From NCBI GenBank assembly GCA_038322455.1, contig JBBQFZ010000002.1, positions 20,223 through 84,222 on the forward strand: a DNA stretch of 64,000 bases, in the 5' to 3' direction. Positions 57,923-64,000 of the stretch are shown in pieces. The first letter of the stretch is position 1. Each line of letters begins with the position of its first letter. The DNA comes from Gemmatimonadales bacterium (lineage in GTDB: Bacteria > Gemmatimonadota > Gemmatimonadetes > Gemmatimonadales > Gemmatimonadaceae). Both the position numbers and the translations under genes were made by a program. Below the pieces are notes generated by a model. That model worked only from the letters and a program-made list of their open reading frames with translations. It did no database searches and had not been told where the DNA came from.

Positions 57923-58369
57923 ATGAAGACCTACTCCGCGACACCGCGGGATATCGAGCACCAATGGTACATCGTCGACGCCGAAGGCATGGTCCTCGGC
58001 CGTCTGGCTACGCAAGTCGCGAAGATAATTCGTGGCAAGCACAAGCCGATGTACACTCCGCACATGGATACTGGCGACAACGTCATCGTCATCAACGCGT
58101 CGAAGGTTCGTGTCACGGGCAAGAAGGCGGAGCAGAAGCTCTACTTCAGGCACACCGGCTACATGGGTCACGAGCGGTTCACCCCGTTCGCCGCGATGCT
58201 GGAGAAGCACCCCGAGCGCGTGATCGAGAAAGCCGTCTATGGCATGCTTCCCAAGACGGCTCTCGGACGCCAGGTGCTCCGCAACAAGCTCCGCGTGTTC
58301 GCCGACGGCAAGCACACGCACGCCGCGCAGCAGCCCAAATTGCTCGACCTCAACAAGAGTGAGAAGTAA
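57923..58369 (+). CDS. rplM: 50S ribosomal protein L13
   Basis: WYIVDAEG..LGRLA, RGKHKP.YTPHMDTGD.VIVINA, AVYGMLPK. Confidence 0.97.
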   Translation: MKTYSATPRDIEHQWYIVDAEGMVLGRLATQVAKIIRGKHKPMYTPHMDTGDNVIVINASKVRVTGKKAEQKLYFRHTGYMGHERFTPFAAMLEKHPERVIEKAVYGMLPKTALGRQVLRNKLRVFADGKHTHAAQQPKLLDLNKSEK

Positions 58370-58761
58370 TGCCTGATACGACGACGCACACGATCGGGCG
58401 GCGCAAGGAAGCCGTCTGCCGTCTCTACATCAAGCCCGGCTCGGGCAAATGGTCGGTCAACGGACGCACGCTCGGAGATTACTTTCCACGTCCCGCGCAC
58501 GTGTCCGCCATTCAGCAGCCGTTCACCATCACCGACACGCTTGGCCGTTACGATGTAAAGGCGAAGGTCGAAGGCGGTGGACTCACTGGCCAGGCCGGGG
58601 CACTGCGCCTCGCCGTCGCCCGTGCGCTGGTGAAGCTGGATGAATCGCACCGCCGGAAGCTGCGCGATCTTGCTCTTCTGACCCGCGATGCAAGAGCGGT
58701 CGAGCGCAAGAAGCCAGGCCGTCCCAAAGCACGAAAGAAGTTCCAGTTCTCGAAGCGCTAA
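58369..58761 (+). CDS. rpsI: 30S ribosomal protein S9
   Basis: GRRKEAV, GGGLTGQAGA, LTRDARAVERKKPG..KARK.FQFSKR. Confidence 0.97.
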   Translation: MPDTTTHTIGRRKEAVCRLYIKPGSGKWSVNGRTLGDYFPRPAHVSAIQQPFTITDTLGRYDVKAKVEGGGLTGQAGALRLAVARALVKLDESHRRKLRDLALLTRDARAVERKKPGRPKARKKFQFSKR

Positions 58762-58783
58762 ACCCCGAAGGACTCCTTACTTA

Positions 58784-59677
58784 ATGGCTCAGCCCAATCT
58801 GGAGCAGTTGCTCGAAGCCGGTGTCCACTTCGGACACCAGACCCGCCGCTGGAACCCGAAGATGCGTCGTTTCATCTTCGCCGAGCGTAACGGCATCCAC
58901 ATCATCGATCTGCAGAAAACGCTGCGCCAGCTCGAGCTGGCCCAGAAGCTCGCCCGCGATGTCATCCTTCGCGGCGACAACGTTCTCTTCGTCTGCACGA
59001 AGCGGCAGCTCGTGAATATTGTGAAGAGCGAGGCCGAGCGTTGTGGCGCGATGTACGTCACGGAGCGCTGGCTCGGTGGCCTGCTCACCAACTTCCAGAC
59101 GGTGAAGAAGCAGGTTCGCCGGCTGAAGGAGCTCGAGGCGGGCAGCGAAGCCGGTGGTGACTTCGAGAACTACACCAAGAAAGAGCAGCTGATGATGAGC
59201 CGTCAGCGCGACAAGCTTTCGAAGAATCTGAGCGGTATCAAGAACCTGACGCGTTTGCCCGGTCTCATGTTCGTGATCGACTCCAAGAAGGAGCGGATCG
59301 CGGTCAACGAGGCGAACAAGCTTCAGATTCCGCTCATTGCCCTGGTTGATACGAACGCCGATCCGGATCTGATTACGGTGCCGATAGCCGGCAACGATGA
59401 CGCGATTCGCTCCGTCGAGCTGATGACGAAGTCGATCGCCGATGCGATCGTCGAAGCGCGACGGGAAGCCCCGGTGCGCGAGGAAGTCGAGGAGTCCGAG
59501 TCGTACACCTACAGCTCCGACCGGGGCGCCGAGCCGGAAGGTGAAGGCGACAAGAAGAGGAAGAGACGGCCGCGCAGGCGACGGGCGAAACCAGAGGCGA
59601 TCGCCGCGCGACTCAAGACAGGCGGCGAAGAGGGTGGCGGAGCAGAAGAGGCCGCCGAGCCCGAGCAGGAAGGTTAA
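58784..59677 (+). CDS. rpsB: 30S ribosomal protein S2
   Basis: LLEAGVHFGHQTRRWNPKM, ERWLGGLLTNF, DTNADPD, GNDDAIRS; long charged C-terminal tail. Confidence 0.97.
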   Translation: MAQPNLEQLLEAGVHFGHQTRRWNPKMRRFIFAERNGIHIIDLQKTLRQLELAQKLARDVILRGDNVLFVCTKRQLVNIVKSEAERCGAMYVTERWLGGLLTNFQTVKKQVRRLKELEAGSEAGGDFENYTKKEQLMMSRQRDKLSKNLSGIKNLTRLPGLMFVIDSKKERIAVNEANKLQIPLIALVDTNADPDLITVPIAGNDDAIRSVELMTKSIADAIVEARREAPVREEVEESESYTYSSDRGAEPEGEGDKKRKRRPRRRRAKPEAIAARLKTGGEEGGGAEEAAEPEQEG

Positions 59678-59682
59678 CTTTC

Positions 59683-59713
59683 ACGCCGCCGGAAAAAACT
59701 CCGGCGGCGTTTT
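59683..59713 (+). terminator. rpsB-tsf intergenic hairpin, probable leaky terminator or attenuator
   Basis: ACGCCGCCGGA-AAAAAC-TCCGGCGGCGT followed by TTT. Confidence 0.7.
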
Positions 59714-59726
59714 AACGAGAGACATT

Positions 59727-60338
59727 ATGACAACTACCAAAGAGAATTTCACAGCGAAAGACGTTCAGGCCCTGCGACAGAAAACCGGCGCGGGCATGAT
59801 GGAGTGCAAGAAGGCACTGGCTGAAAACGATGGCGACATGAACAAGGCCGTCGAGTACCTGCGCACAAAGGGAATCGCGAAAGCGGAGACGCGCCAGGGC
59901 AAGCAGACGAGCGAGGGAGTCATCGGCAGCTACATCCACCACAACGGCAAGGTCGGCGTGATGGTGGAAGTGAACTGCGAGACGGACTTCGTCGCGCGCA
60001 CGGATGATTTCAAGACACTCGTCAAGTACATCGCGGAGCACATCGCCGCCGCGGCCCCGGTCGCGGTGGACAAGGATCAGGTTCCGCAGGACAAAGTCGA
60101 GCGCGAGCGTCGTATCTTTGTCGAACAGGTGAAGGAAAGCGGCAAGCCTGATCATCTGATCGAGAAGATCGTCGCCGGGAAAGTCGAGGCGTACTACAAG
60201 GACGTCGCGCTCGTGCACCAGGCGTGGGTGAGAGAGCCGAAGAAGTCCATCGGTGATCTGATCAAGGAAGCCTCCGCCAAGCTCGGCGAGAACATCCAGG
60301 TTCGCCGCTTCGTTCGTTTTCAGATGGGCGAGGAGTAG
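59727..60338 (+). CDS. tsf: Elongation factor Ts (short form)
   Basis: LRQKTGAGMMECKKAL, EVNCETDFVA, ENIQVRRFVRF; about 203 aa. Confidence 0.96.
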   Translation: MTTTKENFTAKDVQALRQKTGAGMMECKKALAENDGDMNKAVEYLRTKGIAKAETRQGKQTSEGVIGSYIHHNGKVGVMVEVNCETDFVARTDDFKTLVKYIAEHIAAAAPVAVDKDQVPQDKVERERRIFVEQVKESGKPDHLIEKIVAGKVEAYYKDVALVHQAWVREPKKSIGDLIKEASAKLGENIQVRRFVRFQMGEE

Positions 60339-60347
60339 AGAGCAGCT

Positions 60348-61061
60348 TTGGCTGAACTCAAGTACAAACGGGTTCTGCTCAAACTGTCCGGCGAGGCTCT
60401 CGCCGGACAGAAGGGCACCGGTTTCGATTTTACGATTCTCGAGCGCCTCGCTACGGAGATATCGGACATCGTGAAGATGGGTGCCGCTGTCGGCCTCGTG
60501 ATTGGCGGCGGTAACATCGTGCGTGGCGCCCAGCTTTCGAAGATGGGAATGGATCGGGTCGGCGCCGACTACATGGGGATGCTCGGCACCGTCATCAATG
60601 CGCTTGCGTTGCAGGATGTTCTCGAGAAGGCGGAGCTCGAGACGCGCGTCATGACCGCGATTGCGATGGAGTCGATTGCCGAGCCGTTCATCAGACGCCG
60701 CGCGATGCGTCACTTCGAGAAGGGACGCGTGGTGATCTTCGCGGCCGGAACCGGAAATCCCTATTTCTCGACCGACACCGCCGCGGCGTTGCGCGCGATC
60801 CAGATCCACGCCGACGTCATCATCAAGGCGACGAGCGTCGACGGAGTCTATAGCGCGGACCCCAAGCGCGATCCCGACGCGACGCGATACGAGTCAATCA
60901 GCTACCGGGACGTCATGCTCAACGAGCTCGGCGTCATGGACCAGACGGCGATAACGCTGTGCAAGGAAAACAAGCTTCCCATAATCGTCCTGAACATTCA
61001 CCGCCACGGAGAGGTTGCCCGCGCGCTCACAGGTGAGCGAGTCGGAACGATCGTACAATGA
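60348..61061 (+). CDS. pyrH: Uridylate kinase
   Basis: [50 protein letters not shown]. Confidence 0.97.
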   Translation: MAELKYKRVLLKLSGEALAGQKGTGFDFTILERLATEISDIVKMGAAVGLVIGGGNIVRGAQLSKMGMDRVGADYMGMLGTVINALALQDVLEKAELETRVMTAIAMESIAEPFIRRRAMRHFEKGRVVIFAAGTGNPYFSTDTAAALRAIQIHADVIIKATSVDGVYSADPKRDPDATRYESISYRDVMLNELGVMDQTAITLCKENKLPIIVLNIHRHGEVARALTGERVGTIVQ

Positions 61062-61612
61062 CGACAATTCCTCAGATCTCGAAGGACTGCCGTACCGCGA
61101 TGGATAAGTCGTTCGAGGCATCGAAGCGCGAGCTTGCCTCGATTCGGACTGGAAAGGCGACAACCAGCTTGCTCGACACGGTTCGCGTCGATGCCTACGG
61201 GCAGCAGATGCCGCTCAACCAGGTGGGGAGCGTATCCGCACCGGAGGCCAGGCTTCTCACTGTGACTCCGTGGGACAAGGGTCTCGTGACGGCGATCGAA
61301 AAGGCGCTGCGCGAGTCAGATCTGGGCTTGAACCCGCAAACGCAGGCCGGCGTGATCCGCGTTCCACTTCCGGCGCTGAACGAGCAGCGGAGGAAGGAGC
61401 TCGTCAAGGTCGTGCACAAGCTGGCCGAAGAGGCCCGCATTGGAATTCGGCACGCGAGAACAGCGGCGCGGGATCAACTGAAGAAGTTGGAAAAAACGTC
61501 GGAAGACGATCAGAAAAAGGCGGAGAAAGAGCTTCAGAAGCTTCACGACGACTACATTGGGAAGATCGATGAGTTGCTGAAGGGGAAAGAAGCAGAAATC
61601 ATGGAAGTGTAG
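61058..61612 (+). CDS. frr: Ribosome recycling factor
   Basis: IRTGKA...[33 protein letters not shown]. Confidence 0.97.
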   Translation: MTTIPQISKDCRTAMDKSFEASKRELASIRTGKATTSLLDTVRVDAYGQQMPLNQVGSVSAPEARLLTVTPWDKGLVTAIEKALRESDLGLNPQTQAGVIRVPLPALNEQRRKELVKVVHKLAEEARIGIRHARTAARDQLKKLEKTSEDDQKKAEKELQKLHDDYIGKIDELLKGKEAEIMEV

Positions 61613-61614
61613 GC

Positions 61615-62469
61615 GTGTCGGAGCTGACACGTCGCATCATCTTCGCGATCATTGCCGCGCCCGCAAGCGTCGCCATCGTCTACTTCGGCGACTGGATTCT
61701 GGCGATCGTGCTCTCCATTCTGGCCGCGCTAGGCGCGTGGGAATTCTTTCGTATGGCGCGTGAGACCGGCGCCTCCCCGCTCGAGCCCGCGGGAATCGCT
61801 CTCGCCGCCCTTCTGCCGCTAGCGGTACACGCAGAGCGGCTTGGAGTGTACACGCTGTCGCTGACGGCCGTCGTCGCGATGATACTCGTGCTGTTCGCGA
61901 GCACCATCTGGCTCCGTGGGCCCTCCGGGAAACCGCTTTCGGCCGTCTCGGTCACGGCCTTCGGAATACTGTATGCCGGTTTGATCTCGTACATATATGC
62001 TGTCCGGTACCACGACTACGCCGTCGGCGCGGGGGCAGGCACGGCGCTCGTATTTCTGCCGATACTTCTCACCTGGTCGACGGATGTCGGAGCATACGCG
62101 TTCGGGCGCATCTTCGGGAAGAAGAAGCTGATCCCGTCCGTCAGTCCTGGAAAAACCGTAGAGGGAGCCGTTGGCGGATTGGGCCTCACCATCGTGATCT
62201 GTCTTCTGTACGTGCGATTCATTCTGATGCCCTACGCGCAGCTCGGCCTCACTATTCAAGGAGCCGTTCTCTTCGCGATCGTCGTCAGCGTCGCGGGACA
62301 GACGGGTGATCTTGCCGAGTCGCTGCTGAAGAGAGAGGCCGGCGTCAAGGACAGCTCGCGGATACTTCCAGGGCATGGCGGAATACTCGATCGGTTGGAC
62401 AGCCTGCTGTTCGTAATGCCGATTGCGTTCCTGCTGCTGGGCCGGTTGCTGCTGCCCGTTCCCCAGTGA
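61615..62469 (+). CDS. cdsA: Phosphatidate cytidylyltransferase
   Basis: TDVGAYAFGRIFGKKKL, SPGKTVEGA, GDLAESLLKR.AGVKDS, PGHGGILDRLDS. Confidence 0.95.
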   Translation: MSELTRRIIFAIIAAPASVAIVYFGDWILAIVLSILAALGAWEFFRMARETGASPLEPAGIALAALLPLAVHAERLGVYTLSLTAVVAMILVLFASTIWLRGPSGKPLSAVSVTAFGILYAGLISYIYAVRYHDYAVGAGAGTALVFLPILLTWSTDVGAYAFGRIFGKKKLIPSVSPGKTVEGAVGGLGLTIVICLLYVRFILMPYAQLGLTIQGAVLFAIVVSVAGQTGDLAESLLKREAGVKDSSRILPGHGGILDRLDSLLFVMPIAFLLLGRLLLPVPQ

Positions 62470-63617
62470 CGCGCGATCCCGCCACTTCGCCGAAAGGCGT
62501 GGCGGTGCTGGGCTCGACGGGCTCGATTGGCACGACGGCGCTCCGTGTTCTGGACCGTCAGCGCCAGCGCTTCAGAGTGAGAGCGCTCACGGCAAACAGC
62601 AACGGCGCGCTCCTCAAGGAGCAGGTCAGGCAGTTCGAGCCATCGTTCGTCGGGATGGTCGAGTCGAACGCGGATGGCGATGATGCCTGGGAAAGCGGGA
62701 CCGATGCCCTCGTCGCCGCCGCGACACGCGATGACGTCGACATCGTCCTCAACGCGATCGTCGGCGCCGCTGGACTCGATGCGACGCTTGCTGCCCTCGA
62801 GAAAGGCAAGCGCGTTGCCCTCGCCAACAAGGAATCGCTGGTGATCGCCGGCGATCTCGTGCGCGCGGCGTGCGCGTCGGGATCGGGCGAGGTGATTCCC
62901 GTCGATAGCGAGCACAGCGCCATCCTTCAATGCATCACGGGGCGCCCTGCGTCTCAAGTACGCCGGGTCGTGCTTACGGCCTCCGGTGGTCCCTTTCGCG
63001 ATTGGAGCAGTGACCGACTTGCCAGCGCAACAATAGAGGATGCGCTCAGGCATCCAACGTGGCGCATGGGTCGCAAGATCACGATCGACAGCGCCACGCT
63101 GGCCAACAAGGCGCTCGAAGTCATAGAGGCGCACTTTCTCTTCGGGCTGCCGTACAGTCGCATCGAGGTCGTGGTCCACCCACAGAGCGTGGTGCACTCG
63201 TTCGTCGAATTCATCGATGGCAGCGTCGTGGCTCAGATGAGCGTTCCGACGATGGAGCTCCCGGTGCTCTACGCGCTGACGCATCCGGATCGTGTGGAAG
63301 ATGATGGTGTGCCGCCGTTCGATCCTGTTAAACTTTCTCCAATGACATTCGAGCCTGTGAACAACGAGCGATTCCCGGCGCTCGGCTTGGGAATCGCCGC
63401 CGGCGAGGCCGGCGGCGCGGCCCCCGCCGTGTTCAACGCTGCAAATGAATGCGCGGTCGCGGCGTTTCTCGCCGGCAAGATCGGGTTCATGGACATCGCG
63501 CGCGCAATTTCTTCCGCGCTCGAGGAGCTGCAGGAACTTCCTTCGGCCACCCGCGACCAGCTGCTGGCGGCCGACGCAACGGCGCGCCGCCACGTCCAAC
63601 TGATGCTCAAGTGCTGA
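62466..63617 (+). CDS. dxr: 1-deoxy-D-xylulose 5-phosphate reductoisomerase
   Basis: LGSTGSIG, LANKESLV, PVDSEHSAI, LTASGGPF, HPTWRMG.KITIDSATLANK.LE.IE. Confidence 0.97.
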   Translation: MTRDPATSPKGVAVLGSTGSIGTTALRVLDRQRQRFRVRALTANSNGALLKEQVRQFEPSFVGMVESNADGDDAWESGTDALVAAATRDDVDIVLNAIVGAAGLDATLAALEKGKRVALANKESLVIAGDLVRAACASGSGEVIPVDSEHSAILQCITGRPASQVRRVVLTASGGPFRDWSSDRLASATIEDALRHPTWRMGRKITIDSATLANKALEVIEAHFLFGLPYSRIEVVVHPQSVVHSFVEFIDGSVVAQMSVPTMELPVLYALTHPDRVEDDGVPPFDPVKLSPMTFEPVNNERFPALGLGIAAGEAGGAAPAVFNAANECAVAAFLAGKIGFMDIARAISSALEELQELPSATRDQLLAADATARRHVQLMLKC

Positions 63618-64000
63618 GCTGGCTCGCTCCGATAATCGTGTTCGGGCTCGTGGTCTTCGTCCACGAGCTCGGGCATTTCATCGCCGCCAAACTCACGGGC
63701 GTGTATGCGCCGCGCTTTTCGATCGGGTTTGGTCCATCGCTCATCAAGCGTCGCTTTGGCGAAACCGAGTACGTCCTGGCCGCACTGCCCCTGGGTGGCT
63801 ACGTCCGCATGGCGTCGCGCGAGGACGAAGCAACCGCTTTTCTCGAAGGTGGCAGTGAGAACTCCGCCACCACTCCCGGGACCGCGAAAGACGGAAACGA
63901 TCCGGAAGCCATGATCCCCTTCGGGCCTAAGCCGATTCCGGAATCACGGTGGTTCGAGTCGAAGCCGCTGCCGGCCCGCTTGTTCATCATGCTATCTGGC
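63611..64000 (+). CDS. rseP: RIP metalloprotease RseP (3'-truncated by the window edge)
   Basis: GTG CTG AGC TGG... translates to VLSWLAPIIVFGLVVFVHELGHF; FSIGFGP, TEYVLAALPLGGYVRM. Missing from the ORF track. Confidence 0.93.
   Translation, partial: MLSWLAPIIVFGLVVFVHELGHFIAAKLTGVYAPRFSIGFGPSLIKRRFGETEYVLAALPLGGYVRMASREDEATAFLEGGSENSATTPGTAKDGNDPEAMIPFGPKPIPESRWFESKPLPARLFIMLSG

Overview
A gene-dense, GC-rich bacterial chromosome segment made almost entirely of core genes. Gemmatimonadota is my inference from gene order and protein style; no rRNA is present to confirm it. Main blocks: fahA (partial)-SET-M13 peptidase; apaG-cyclase-HAD-gnd-zwf-slt; tilS-hpt-ftsH-folP-DUF2723; a minus-strand sahR-like/ahcY pair; a PQQ dehydrogenase; xseB-ispA-dxs-nadK-recN; tRNA-Gly(GCC)-tRNA-Leu(TAA) followed by a hybrid histidine kinase and a DAG-kinase-family gene; a lysine/DAP cluster running into aroA-cmk-rpsA; a signalling patch (PAS-DHp-REC, REC-HD-GYP, PAS/GAF kinase); topoisomerase IB and an HNH nuclease; acyl-CoA carboxylase genes interrupted by rlmD; and rplM-rpsI-rpsB-tsf-pyrH-frr-cdsA-dxr-rseP (partial). 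I found no CRISPR array, transposase, integrase, prophage or rRNA. The best candidates for new biology are: (1) a CckA-like hybrid protein that has lost its whole ATP-binding domain in frame and is translationally coupled to an intact HD-GYP phosphodiesterase; (2) a kinase gene starting 4 nt after a CCA-less tRNA; (3) an ~80-nt structured leader that hides the RBS and an AUA start of a TMEM260-like glycosyltransferase; (4) a SahR-like operator containing a Met-containing micro-uORF coupled to the repressor start; (5) a Tyr-to-Asp change in the G6PD catalytic motif. All motif, promoter and RNA-structure calls were made by eye; no searches or folding programs were run.
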